The notes under the pieces are model-generated. The model was not told the origin of the DNA. It did not search any database and saw nothing but the letters and a program-made list of their open reading frames with translations. Shown piece after piece: positions 10,082 to 18,658 of a DNA stretch of 32,000 bases (the first letter of the stretch is position 1; every line of letters starts with the position of its first letter). The DNA comes from Xanthomonas campestris pv. campestris str. ATCC 33913 (lineage in GTDB: Bacteria > Pseudomonadota > Gammaproteobacteria > Xanthomonadales > Xanthomonadaceae). The translations under genes were made by a program, and so were the position numbers. The stretch is taken from positions 697,436 through 729,435 of the forward strand of contig NC_003902.1 in assembly GCF_000007145.1 (NCBI RefSeq), read 5' to 3'.

Positions 10082-10474
10082 TTACTCGTCGTGCGTGGCG
10101 GGCTGCGCGTCGTCGCCGGCCACGTCGGTGGCATCGTCTGCCAGCGCATCGCTGTCGGCGCGCGCGTAATGCACGGTTTCCACCGGGCCACCGACCGGGC
10201 GGCCACGTGCGGCCGGCAGCAGTGCGCTGGCGGCTTCGTATTCGGCCAGCAAGGCATGCCGGCGCGCTTCCGGCACTTCCTGCCAATGGCAATCGGCAAG
10301 CGCACCTTCCAGCGAATACAGCAGATTGAGGCTGGGCTTGAATCCGGCACGACGCACTTTTACAAACGCGCCCACCGCGCCCACGGCCTGCAGGTCCTGC
10401 TGGGTGCGCAGGCCCACCTGGCGTAGCCAAGCCGCGCTCTTGGGGCCGATGTTGCGCAGCCGTTCGGTGGTCAC
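10082..10474 (-). CDS. TfoX/Sxy C-terminal-domain protein with acidic tail
   Basis: 130 aa. LRNIGPKSAAWLRQVGLRTQQDLQAVGAVGAFVKVRRAGFKPSLNLLYSLEGAL is typical of the TfoX C-terminal domain. The GTG start overlaps the stop of the upstream GAF gene (GTGA). Confidence 0.75.
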   Translation of the reverse strand: MTTERLRNIGPKSAAWLRQVGLRTQQDLQAVGAVGAFVKVRRAGFKPSLNLLYSLEGALADCHWQEVPEARRHALLAEYEAASALLPAARGRPVGGPVETVHYARADSDALADDATDVAGDDAQPATHDE

Positions 10475-10953
10475 GTCAACGCGCCGACGAAGACCTGCGC
10501 GATGGCTTCCAGTCCGCGCTGGTCGTCCGCGTCGAAACGGTCCAGTTCCGGGCTGTCCAGGTCGAGCACGCCGATCAGCGTGTCGCCTTGCACCAGCGGA
10601 ATCACCAGCTCCGACCGCGACGCCGAATCACAGGCGATATGCCCGGGAAACGCATCCACATCGGCAATGCGCTGAGTCTGCCGGGTACTGGCGGCGGCAC
10701 CGCACACACCCTTGTCCAACGGGATGCGCACGCAGGCGGGCAGCCCCTGGAAGGGCCCGACGACCAGCTCGCGGCCGTCGTAGAAATAGAACCCTGTCCA
10801 GTTGAGCGACGGCAGTGAATTGAAGATCAGCGCGGCCAGGTTGGCAGCGTTGGCGATCCGGTCCGGCTCGCCGTGCACCAGTGCCTGGGCCTGGGCGGTG
10901 AGCTGGGCATATTGTTCCGGCTTGCTGCCGGTCAGCGAAGAGGTGGCGAACAT
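10471..10953 (-). CDS. msrC: GAF-domain free methionine-(R)-sulfoxide reductase (YebR/MsrC family)
   Basis: GPFQGLPACVRIPLDKGVCGAAA...FPGHIACDSASRSELVIPLV...IGVLDLDS closely follows the E. coli YebR/MsrC sequence as I recall it. The ATG at 10953 is preferred over the TTG at 10959. Confidence 0.85.
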   Translation of the reverse strand: MFATSSLTGSKPEQYAQLTAQAQALVHGEPDRIANAANLAALIFNSLPSLNWTGFYFYDGRELVVGPFQGLPACVRIPLDKGVCGAAASTRQTQRIADVDAFPGHIACDSASRSELVIPLVQGDTLIGVLDLDSPELDRFDADDQRGLEAIAQVFVGALT

Positions 10954-11224
10954 GCGCAAAGTCTAGCAGCGGCCATCCGCAGCGTCGTTGCGACGCCACG
11001 GAGCAGGTGCGCGGGCTGCAGGGCCGGCAGGACCCCAAGGGGCGCGCCGCGCACACGACCATCCCGGGCCGCGCGCCGCATATACCGGCCAGCCAAGCGG
11101 CCCACGATGCATTGGTTCGTTTCAGAAGGCATGGCAGATGCCACGCAGGCGCGTGCAGCCAACGCCCGCACGGTATGCTGCGCGGCCTCTCCGGCAATGG
11201 CGGCGCGGCCGCAGGAACAGGTGC

Positions 11225-11899
11225 ATGCAGTTTCCCGCCTTCTACGTCACTGGCACCGATACCGGCATCGGCAAGACCGTTGCCAGCACGGCTTTGTTAC
11301 ATGCGGTGCGAGCACGCGGCCACACCGCAGTGGGCATGAAGCCGGTGGCCAGTGGCTGCGTCGCAACCCCGCAGGGTTGGCACAACGAAGACGCGCTGGC
11401 GCTGCAAGCCGCCAGCCAGCCGCAGCCGGACTACGCCACCCTCAATCCATATGCGTTGCCTGCGGCGTTGGCCCCGGAACTGGCTGCCGCCGATGTCGGC
11501 GTGAGCCTGTCGCTGGTGCCGCTTCAGCTGGCCTTTGCGCAGTTGCGCGCGCAGGCCGAGGTGGTGGTGGTGGAAGGGGTCGGCGGCTGGGCGGCGCCGC
11601 TGAGTGCGCAGCTGGATCAGGCCGATCTGGTGCGCGCACTGCAGCTGCCGGTGGTGCTGGTGGTGGGCGTGCGCCTGGGCTGCATCAACCATGCGCGCCT
11701 GACCGCCGCGGCCATCGCCGCCGATGGCCTGCGCTGCATCGGCTGGATCGCCAACGAGATCGACCCGCAGATGGAGCGCATCGAGGACAACATCCGCATG
11801 CTTGGCCAGCGCCTGGCGATGCCGTGCTGGGGGCGCATTCCGTGGCGCCCCAACGCCCAGGCCGAGGCCCTGGCGCAGCACATCCGCCTGCCGCAGTGA
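11225..11899 (+). CDS. bioD: Dethiobiotin synthetase
   Basis: Internal ATG at 11225 of track ORF 10988..11899 gives MQFPAFYVTGTDTGIGKTVASTALL (P-loop GxGKT), then MKPVASGC and VVVEGVGGW. 224 aa. Confidence 0.92.
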   Translation: MQFPAFYVTGTDTGIGKTVASTALLHAVRARGHTAVGMKPVASGCVATPQGWHNEDALALQAASQPQPDYATLNPYALPAALAPELAAADVGVSLSLVPLQLAFAQLRAQAEVVVVEGVGGWAAPLSAQLDQADLVRALQLPVVLVVGVRLGCINHARLTAAAIAADGLRCIGWIANEIDPQMERIEDNIRMLGQRLAMPCWGRIPWRPNAQAEALAQHIRLPQ

Positions 11900-11972
11900 G
11901 CGCAGCGGCTTTGCGCGCGGCCGCATCGAAAGGGCCGGCCGACGCCTGCGCCGGTCACCAGACAATAAAAAA

Positions 11973-12000
11973 GCCCGACAGAGGGAGGGATCTGTCGGGC
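11973..12000. terminator. Bidirectional intrinsic terminator between convergent bioD and the phasin gene
   Basis: Perfect 10-bp stem gcccgacaga (11973-11982) with tctgtcgggc (11991-12000) and an 8-nt loop. It is preceded by aataaaaaa, which gives a U-tract for the minus-strand transcript. Confidence 0.7.
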
Positions 12001-12052
12001 CGGGTTGCATGGGGGGAGGGACCCATGCAAAGACGCTGAATTTTGGTGGCCG

Positions 12053-12388
12053 TTACTTGCGCCGGGTCTTGCCTGTTGCGCCGGTCTGATCGCTGCCGGT
12101 CTCGAACTGCTGCTTGGCAAACTGCCCAAGTTCGCTGGACATCTTCAGCCCCATGCCAACCACTTCCTGGTTGACCGACGCCAGACGTTCCAGGTTGTCG
12201 CGGGCCAGTTGCAGCCCTTTCGGCCAGAGCGTCTGGTAGGCGCCCAGGTCGCGCGCCTGTGCAAACTCACCGAAGAAGCTGGTGGTCGCGTTGACGTTCT
12301 GTTCCAGCGTGTCCAACGCCAACTGGTTGGCACGGGCTGCCGCTGAAGCAAACTGACTGGTGAAGCTGTTTTCGAACTGCGCCGACAT
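12053..12388 (-). CDS. Phasin-family (PHA granule-associated) protein
   Basis: ATG at 12388 gives 111 aa: MSAQFENSFTSQFASAAARANQLALDTLEQNV...LERLASVNQEVV. The protein is alanine/glutamine-rich and helical with no Cys, and resembles the phasin_2 family. The upstream part of track ORF 12053..12508 is unlikely to be coding. Confidence 0.7.
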   Translation of the reverse strand: MSAQFENSFTSQFASAAARANQLALDTLEQNVNATTSFFGEFAQARDLGAYQTLWPKGLQLARDNLERLASVNQEVVGMGLKMSSELGQFAKQQFETGSDQTGATGKTRRK

Positions 12389-12534
12389 CGCGAACCCCTT
12401 GGGGAAGCCTGTGACCGTTTGTTGCGTCGCAGCATACGCGGATGTTGTTGCGATGCAACATGTTTCCTGAAAATTTTCCAACCGACCTGAAAAGTGGTTT
12501 CCAATCAACCGCTTGCGTTGCGCTCAAAACGAGA

Positions 12535-12558
12535 AAGGCCGCCTCGGAGGGCGGCCTT
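12535..12558 (-). terminator. Intrinsic terminator downstream of queD
   Basis: aaggccgcc (12535-12543) pairs with ggcggcctt (12550-12558), loop tcggag. On the minus strand the hairpin is followed by tctcgtttt. Confidence 0.65.
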
Positions 12559-12577
12559 CGGTCACCATTTGCGCCAA

Positions 12578-12931
12578 TCAACCGCGATAGCGGCAGCCGG
12601 AAGTGCAGGTCTCGTGCACCACGATTTCGCTCAACTGCGGCAAGGCCGGCTTGAGCTGCTGCCAGATCCAGATGGCCAGGCGTTCGCTGGTGGGGTTTTC
12701 AAGCCCCTCGATGTCATTGAGGTAGTGGTGATCGAGCCGGTCGTAGATCGGCTGGAAGGCAGCCTTGATGTCGCCGAAGTCCATGATCCAGCCGGTCTCG
12801 GCACCCGGTTCGCCGCTGACATGCAGCTCGACCCGGAACGAATGCCCGTGCAGCCGTGCGCACTTATGGCCCGGCGGAACGTTGGGCAGCCGGTGGGCGG
12901 CCTCAAGCGTAAATACTTTGAAGATATCCAT
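12578..12931 (-). CDS. queD: 6-carboxy-5,6,7,8-tetrahydropterin synthase (queuosine biosynthesis)
   Basis: ATG at 12931 gives [32 protein letters not shown]...HETCTSGC. This is the QueD/PTPS signature (His triad, catalytic Cys) in 117 aa. Confidence 0.92.
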   Translation of the reverse strand: MDIFKVFTLEAAHRLPNVPPGHKCARLHGHSFRVELHVSGEPGAETGWIMDFGDIKAAFQPIYDRLDHHYLNDIEGLENPTSERLAIWIWQQLKPALPQLSEIVVHETCTSGCRYRG

Positions 12932-13000
12932 GGCGTTGATCGGCAAGCGGGTACAGAGGAAGGGTGGGCCGGACATCGCCGGCGTCGGTGTGGCTGACAG

Positions 13001-13027
13001 GACAAGGGCCGCATCGCGGCCCTTGTC
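13001..13027 (-). terminator. Hairpin downstream of rhlE (possible terminator)
   Basis: gacaagggccgc (13001-13012) pairs with gcggcccttgtc (13016-13027), a perfect 12-nt inverted repeat 21 nt past the rhlE stop. There is no clear U-tract. Confidence 0.5.
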
Positions 13028-13047
13028 GTTACCGTCAGTCGCGGGCG

Positions 13048-14436
13048 TTAGGCGCCGCGGCTGGCGGGCCGGCCACTGCCACCACGACCACCGTCGCGAC
13101 GGCCGGCACCGGCGCCGGCAGTGGCCTGACGCGGCCCGCTGCTGCGCTGGCCACCCGGCTTCTTCGGGCCGGCATGCGCATGTGCCTGGCGCGGTGCGTC
13201 ACCGTGCGGGCGACGGGCGTGGCTCTTGCGCGGGGCGCGATCGCCACCTGGCTGCTCGGCACGGCCCGGGGCGCTGTTGCCCCAGCGGATCGGGGTCTGC
13301 GGCTCGTAGCCCGGCACGTCGCGGATTTCCACGTCGCGGCCCAGCATGCGCACGATCTGACGCAGCAGCTTGGCTTCGTCCTGTGCCACCAACGAGATCG
13401 CCTCGCCGGTCGAACCGTTACGGCCAGTCCGGCCGATGCGGTGCACGTAGTCCTCGGCCACCATCGGCAGGTCATAGTTGATGACCTTCGGCAACTGGTC
13501 GATATCGATACCACGCGCGGCGATGTCGGTGGCCACCAGCACGGTCACGCGGCCGGCCTTGAAGTCGCTCAGTGCACGCATACGCTGGCCCTGGCTCTTG
13601 TTGCCGTGGATCGCCGCGGTCTTGATGCCGGACTTCTCCAGGAACAGCGCCAGCTTGTCGCTGCCGTGCTTGGTGCGTGCGAAGACCAGGGTCTGCTCGC
13701 GGCTGTCCTGCGCCAGCAGGTGCAGCAGCAGGTCGCGCTTGCGCGCGCCATCGACCGGGTGCACGCGGTGGGTGATGCTCTCGGCCACGGTGTTGCTCGG
13801 GGTGACCTGGATCTGCATCGGGTTGCGCATGAATTCCAGCGCCAGCTGCTTGATGTTCTCTTCGAACGTGGCCGAGAACAGCAGGGTCTGGCGGTCCTGG
13901 CGCGGCAGCTTGGTCAGGATGCGCTTGATCGACGGCAAGAAGCCCATGTCGAGCATGCGGTCGGCTTCGTCCAGGATCAGTACTTCGATGCCGGACAGGT
14001 CCACGCTGCGGCGCTCGATATGGTCGATCAGCCGGCCCGGGCAGGCGATCAGCAGGTCCACGCCACGACGCAGCGCATCGAGCTGGTTGCCCATGCCCAC
14101 GCCGCCGTAGATCACCGCGCTCGGAATGCGCAGGTACTTGCTGTAGCCGCGCAGGCTGTCGTGCACCTGGGTGGCCAGCTCGCGGGTGGGGGTCAGGATC
14201 AGCGCGCGCGGCTTGCGCGGGCCGTTGACCGGCTGCGGGGTGGTGCCCAGGTGCTGCAGCAGCGGCAGGCCGAACGCGGCGGTCTTGCCGGTACCGGTCT
14301 GTGCGCCAGCCAGCAGGTCATGGCCGGCCAGCACGAGCGGGATCGCCTGCTGCTGGATGGCGGTGGGGGTTTCATAGCCCTGCTCGGCCAATGCGCGCAG
14401 CAGGAAGGGCGCCAGGCCCAAGGATTCAAAAGACAT
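13048..14436 (-). CDS. rhlE: ATP-dependent DEAD-box RNA helicase
   Basis: ATG at 14436 gives [33 protein letters not shown] (Q motif). Further motifs are [21 protein letters not shown] (DEAD), SAT and HRIGRTGR. The C-terminus is an Arg/Gly-rich basic tail. 462 aa. Confidence 0.93.
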   Translation of the reverse strand: MSFESLGLAPFLLRALAEQGYETPTAIQQQAIPLVLAGHDLLAGAQTGTGKTAAFGLPLLQHLGTTPQPVNGPRKPRALILTPTRELATQVHDSLRGYSKYLRIPSAVIYGGVGMGNQLDALRRGVDLLIACPGRLIDHIERRSVDLSGIEVLILDEADRMLDMGFLPSIKRILTKLPRQDRQTLLFSATFEENIKQLALEFMRNPMQIQVTPSNTVAESITHRVHPVDGARKRDLLLHLLAQDSREQTLVFARTKHGSDKLALFLEKSGIKTAAIHGNKSQGQRMRALSDFKAGRVTVLVATDIAARGIDIDQLPKVINYDLPMVAEDYVHRIGRTGRNGSTGEAISLVAQDEAKLLRQIVRMLGRDVEIRDVPGYEPQTPIRWGNSAPGRAEQPGGDRAPRKSHARRPHGDAPRQAHAHAGPKKPGGQRSSGPRQATAGAGAGRRDGGRGGSGRPASRGA

Positions 14437-14815
14437 CAGGAAGCTCCAAGTAAAGCGTCGCCACCAGGCAGAGCCCGGAGCGCAGACGCATTGCAAATGC
14501 AAAAAAGTGAGGCTCGGAGCGTTCCCGTGAACCGCGCTGCGAGATGGTGGAACAACCCAATCAAAGAGCGATGGGTTTGTCGGCACCACGAAAGGCGTCG
14601 GGTGGGGCGGGCGAGCGGATCGATCGATCCTGGCCTCGCCGGCGGTCCCTAAGGGAAACGGACGGCCGCATGCAGACCCGGCAAGTGTACGCCCGATTGG
14701 CGCGCTGCACAAAACTGTGTGATCGCGGTTGGGGAACGGGTCAGTTGTTTCAGCTGCAACCACCTCGCGCGACAGGTCGTACAATCAGCGCTTCAGCCAC
14801 AGCCGCAGGACGGTC

Positions 14816-15805
14816 ATGAAGCTAGGTTCCCTGAAGGAAGGCGGCCGCGACGGCTGCTTGATCGTGGTCTCGCGTGACCTGACCAGCGCGGTGCGCGCTA
14901 CCGGCATCGCGCCGACGCTGCAGCGCGCGCTGGAGGACTGGAGCAACGTGGCGCCGCGGCTGAACGCCCTGGCGGACTCCCTCGACGATGGCAGCGCCGA
15001 TGGCGTGTTTGCGCTGGACATGCAGGCGCTGGCCGCGCCGCTGCCGCGCGCCTACGAGTTCGTCGATGGCAGCGCCTACCTGCCACACGTGGAGCGGGTG
15101 CGCCGCGCGCGCAATGCCGAGGTGCCGGAGAGCTTCTACACCGACCCGCTGATGTACCAGGCCACCAGCGCCGGCTTCTACGGCCCGCGCGATGCCATCA
15201 AGGTGATCAGCGAAGACCATGGCATCGATCTGGAAGCCGAATTGGTGGTCATCACCGACGATGTGCCGATGGGCGCCTCGCCTGAGCAGGCGGCTGCGCA
15301 TATCCAGCTGATCGGCCTGGTCAACGATGTTTCGCTGCGCAACCTGATCCCGGCCGAGCTCGCCAAGGGCTTTGGCTTTGTGCAGTCCAAGCCGCGCTCG
15401 GCGTTGTCGCCGGTGTTCGTCACCCCCGACGAGCTGGGCGATGCCTGGCGCGACAACAAGGTGCATCTGCCGCTGGTGACGCACGTCAACGGCGCCTGGT
15501 TTGGCGCGCCCGAGGCCGGCCACGACATGCAGTTCGACTTTGCCCAGCTGATTGCCCATGCCGCCAAGACCCGGCCGCTGTCGGCCGGCACCATTGTCGG
15601 CTCCGGCACCATCGCCAACCAGGACACATCCCTGGGCGCCTCCTGCTTTGCCGAGCAGCGCGTGGTGGAGACGCTGCGCGATGGCAGCCCGAGCACCCCG
15701 TTCATGTCCTTCGGCGATGTAGTGCGCATCGAGATGATGGACGCGCAGGGCCACAGCATCTTCGGGGCGATCGAGCAGCGCGTCGAACGCCAGCCGCTGC
15801 CATGA
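14816..15805 (+). CDS. Fumarylacetoacetate hydrolase (FAH) family protein
   Basis: ATG at 14816 gives MKLGSLKEGGRDGCLIVVSRDL..., 329 aa. Its FAH-family C-terminal domain features include DLEAELVVIT and GTIVGSGT. It sits directly upstream of maiA, which suggests the distal homogentisate/tyrosine catabolic steps. Confidence 0.85.
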   Translation: MKLGSLKEGGRDGCLIVVSRDLTSAVRATGIAPTLQRALEDWSNVAPRLNALADSLDDGSADGVFALDMQALAAPLPRAYEFVDGSAYLPHVERVRRARNAEVPESFYTDPLMYQATSAGFYGPRDAIKVISEDHGIDLEAELVVITDDVPMGASPEQAAAHIQLIGLVNDVSLRNLIPAELAKGFGFVQSKPRSALSPVFVTPDELGDAWRDNKVHLPLVTHVNGAWFGAPEAGHDMQFDFAQLIAHAAKTRPLSAGTIVGSGTIANQDTSLGASCFAEQRVVETLRDGSPSTPFMSFGDVVRIEMMDAQGHSIFGAIEQRVERQPLP

Positions 15806-15848
15806 ACCAGATGCCGATGCTCACGCATGCGGCAGGGCAGGGGCAGGC

Positions 15849-16523
15849 ATGAGCAGGCCCCTGGAGCTGTTTTCGTACTGGCGCTCCAGCGCCGCCTATC
15901 GCGTACGCATCGGGCTGCAGCTGAAGGCGCTGGCCTACGTCGCGCACCCGGTGCATCTGGTGCGCGATGGCGGCGAGCAACACGCCGCCGCTTACGCGCA
16001 ACTCAACCCGCAGGAGCTGGTGCCGACGCTGCGGCACGGGCAGGTGGTGATCCCGCAGTCCCTGGCCATCCTCGAATACCTGGACGAGGCATTTGCGGAC
16101 AGCGCGCCGCTGTTGCCGACCGGCCCCGCCGCGCGTGCGCGGGTGCGGGCGCTGGCACAGGTGATCGCTTGCGATGTGCACCCGCTCAACAACCTGCGCG
16201 TTACCCAATTCCTGGAGCACACCTGGGACGTCTCGCCAGCGCAGCGCCATCACTGGACTGCGCACTGGACTGCGCACTGGATGCAGCAAGGCTTGGCAGC
16301 GCTGGAAACCCACCTGGCGGGCGACGCACAGACCGGGCAGTTCTGCCACGGCGACACGCCGGGCCTGGCCGATTGCGTGCTGGTGCCGCAGCTCTACAAC
16401 GCGCGGCGGTTCGCCGTGGAGTTGGCGCCGTATCCGACGCTGCAGCGGATCGAACAGGCCTGCCTGGCACTGCCGGCGTTCGATGCGGCACGGCCGGAAA
16501 CGCAGCCTGACGCGGCAGTCTAG
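15849..16523 (+). CDS. maiA: Maleylacetoacetate isomerase (zeta-class glutathione S-transferase)
   Basis: LELFSYWRSSAAYRVRIGLQLK...NPQELVPTL...IPQSLAILEYLDE is the GST-zeta signature (SSxxxRVRIAL-type motif). 224 aa. Confidence 0.9.
   Translation: MSRPLELFSYWRSSAAYRVRIGLQLKALAYVAHPVHLVRDGGEQHAAAYAQLNPQELVPTLRHGQVVIPQSLAILEYLDEAFADSAPLLPTGPAARARVRALAQVIACDVHPLNNLRVTQFLEHTWDVSPAQRHHWTAHWTAHWMQQGLAALETHLAGDAQTGQFCHGDTPGLADCVLVPQLYNARRFAVELAPYPTLQRIEQACLALPAFDAARPETQPDAAV
16251..16280 (+). repeat. 12-bp tandem repeat (2.5 copies of cactggactgcg) inside maiA
   Basis: Read directly: cactggactgcg cactggactgcg cactgg. In frame it encodes HWTAHWTAHW. Confidence 0.95.
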
Positions 16524-16662
16524 ACGCGGAGAATGCCGGCCGCATCTGCCGTTCGGGCAGCCTTCCGCAATGCGGGGGGCGCAGAGCGATCGACGCGCGT
16601 GCGGCCGCTGATGCTCACGCCGGTCTACTGCAGGGTGCTGATCTGCGCCAGCGCTGCAGTGC

Positions 16663-16764
16663 CCTTGCCCGCCCACCCTCGCGGGACACGCTGCAAGGAC
16701 GTCCTTCTAAGCGCTGACGCGGCATCCATGCCGCGTCAGGTCCCGCGACGGTGGGCGGGCAAGG
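16663..16764. repeat. Nested palindromic (REP-like) element between convergent maiA and pilU
   Basis: Outer arms are ccttgcccgcccaccctcgcgggac (16663-16687) and gtcccgcgacggtgggcgggcaagg (16740-16764), complementary at 24 of 25 positions. They enclose the perfect palindrome aaggacgtcctt (16696-16707). They also enclose the hairpin ctgacgcggcat-cc-atgccgcgtcag (16714-16739). Confidence 0.85.
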
Positions 16765-16851
16765 ACCAGTCAAGATGGTCGTTGCGCGTAACTATCCTCA
16801 AAGCAACCAGCAGACTTTCTGGTGCGGTGTCCTCGCCGATCGCGGGACCAT

Positions 16852-16873
16852 GTGGCGGCATGGATGCCGCCAC
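16852..16873. repeat. Second palindrome sharing a GCGGCAT-NN-ATGCCGC core with the element at 16714-16739
   Basis: The sequence is gtggcggcat-gg-atgccgccac. Its reverse complement carries the same 16-nt core gcggcatccatgccgc as the hairpin 130 nt upstream. Confidence 0.8.
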
Positions 16874-16982
16874 TGAGCCTCCACGGAAGGATTCACGGCG
16901 TGTCCCGCAAGCGGTGAGGGCACTGCGCCCTCGACCGACCAGGCGTTTTGCTCTGGACTTGTCACTGCATCCAGCAAGATGC

Positions 16983-17039
16983 GACCAACAAAACCACTGC
17001 GCTCACCGCCAGGCGGGCGCACGCTACATTTTGTTGGTC
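16983..17039 (-). terminator. Long-loop inverted repeat just downstream of the pilU stop (possible terminator)
   Basis: gaccaacaaaa (16983-16993) pairs with ttttgttggtc (17029-17039), a perfect 11-bp stem ending 4 nt from the pilU stop codon. The loop of about 35 nt contains further GC-rich self-complementarity. Confidence 0.4.
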
Positions 17040-17042
17040 GTT

Positions 17043-18176
17043 CTAAATAAACCCATGGCTGATCTTCGGCGCCGAGGCCGACTCGTAGTCGGCATACGGA
17101 TCGTGCTCGCCGGAGCCGCCTTCGGAAAGACGGAATTTCAGCGCCAAGCCGTCGCGCGAGTCGGCCGCGCGCAGCGCTTCCTCCTGCTCGATCTCGCCGG
17201 TCTTGACCATCCGGAACAGGCACTGGTCGAAGGTCTGCATGCCTTCTTCCAGCGACTCCTCCATCGCCTGCTTGACCTCGTGCACCTGCCCGCGACGCAG
17301 CAGGTCGCGGATCATCGGCGTGTTGAGCAGCACCTCGGTGGCCGGGCGGCGGCGCCCGTCCAGTCCCTTGACCAGGCGCTGGGACACCACTGCGCGCAGA
17401 TTCAGTGCCAGGTTCATCAGCACGTTCTTGTGCGCGCTTTCCGGGAAGAAGTTGAGGATGCGCTCGATGGTCTGGTCGGCGTTGTTGGAGTGCAGCGTCG
17501 CCAGGCACAGATGGCCGGTTTCAGCGAAGGCGATCGCCGCCTCCATGGTCTCGGCGTCCAGGATCTCGCCGATCAGGATCACGTCGGGCGCCTCGCGCAT
17601 CGCGTTCTTCAGCGCGCTCTGGAAGGCGTGCGTGTCCAGGCCCACCTCGCGCTGGTTCACGATCGACATCTTGTGCTTGTGCAGGTACTCGATCGGGTCC
17701 TCGATGGTGAGGATGTGCCCGGTCGTGGTGCTGTTGCGGTGGTCGATCATCGAGGCCAGCGAGGTCGACTTGCCCGAACCGGTCGAACCGACCACCAGCA
17801 CCAGCCCGCGCGGGGTCATGATGACGTCCTTGAGCACCTGCGGCAGGTTGAGCTCCTCGATGCTCGGGATCCGGCTGCGGATGGCACGGATCACCATGCC
17901 CACTTCGCCGCGCTGCTTGAACACGTTCACGCGGAAGCGCCCGGCGTCGGACAGAGCGATGGCCATGTTGAGTTCCAGCTCGCGCTCGAACTGCGGCACC
18001 TGGCCTTCGTCCATCAATGAGTAAGCGATTTTCTTGACCATCCCCGGCGGCAACCCCGTATTGCCGAGCGGGTAAAGCTTGCCTTCGATCTTGATGTACA
18101 CCGGCGCGCCGGTGGTCAAAAACATGTCCGAGGCATTCTTTTCGGTCATCAGCTTCAGGAAGTAGCCGATATCCAT
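17043..18176 (-). CDS. pilU: Type IV pilus retraction ATPase, PilU-like (PilT/PilU family)
   Basis: MDIGYFLKLMTEKNASDMFLTTGAPVYIKIEG... Contains Walker A GSTGSGKST, IEDPIEY, the Asp box and the His box ETGHLCLATLHSNNA. The C-terminal region ...GEIEQEEALRAADSRDGL is closer to PilU than PilT as I recall them. The ATG at 18176 is preferred over the TTG at 18182. Confidence 0.88.
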   Translation of the reverse strand: MDIGYFLKLMTEKNASDMFLTTGAPVYIKIEGKLYPLGNTGLPPGMVKKIAYSLMDEGQVPQFERELELNMAIALSDAGRFRVNVFKQRGEVGMVIRAIRSRIPSIEELNLPQVLKDVIMTPRGLVLVVGSTGSGKSTSLASMIDHRNSTTTGHILTIEDPIEYLHKHKMSIVNQREVGLDTHAFQSALKNAMREAPDVILIGEILDAETMEAAIAFAETGHLCLATLHSNNADQTIERILNFFPESAHKNVLMNLALNLRAVVSQRLVKGLDGRRRPATEVLLNTPMIRDLLRRGQVHEVKQAMEESLEEGMQTFDQCLFRMVKTGEIEQEEALRAADSRDGLALKFRLSEGGSGEHDPYADYESASAPKISHGFI

Positions 18177-18274
18177 GCGCAATGGTTCCCCAACAAACAG
18201 CAGCGTCTCGTTGCAAGTCCGCCGCAGGCTTCCGACAATGGCCGTGCTCGAGACTTCTCGCTACGGCTCCCCTA

Positions 18275-18658
18275 ATGACGGCTAGCTTCGCATACTTGCG
18301 GCGATCCCTGTATGGCATCGCCTGTTTCATGGTTCTCTCCGCTCCCGCCGCCGCCCAGGTGGCGCCGGAGCTCACTGCCGCCGAACAGGCCGTGCAACGC
18401 GCCACCCAGGCCGATGCCGACCAATACGCCCCTGATCTGGTCAATCTGGCCCGCCAGGAACTGATGCAGGCCCAGCAGGCGCAACTGGACAAGCGCCAGC
18501 GCAAGCAGGTACCACAGATCGCCCTGCGCGCCGCTGCCGATGCCGACCTGGCCAAGGCGCGCAGCGAAGAGGCGGTGGTCAGCGCCCAGCTGGAGCAACG
18601 CCGCAAGGAAGTGGCGCAACTGCAGAACAGCCTCAACACCGGGGAGGGCGGCCGATGA
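18275..18658 (+). CDS. DUF4398-like secreted/periplasmic helical protein
   Basis: ATG at 18275 gives MTASFAYLRRSLYGIACFMVLSAPAAAQ (signal peptide). This is followed by an Ala/Gln-rich helical region (AEQAVQRATQADADQYAPDLVNLARQEL) typical of DUF4398. Its stop overlaps the next start (ATGA). Confidence 0.7.
   Translation: MTASFAYLRRSLYGIACFMVLSAPAAAQVAPELTAAEQAVQRATQADADQYAPDLVNLARQELMQAQQAQLDKRQRKQVPQIALRAAADADLAKARSEEAVVSAQLEQRRKEVAQLQNSLNTGEGGR

Noticed and set aside
12964-14652. 562-aa plus-strand ORF
   Set aside because: It is antisense to rhlE, which carries all the DEAD-box motifs. It is a shadow ORF.
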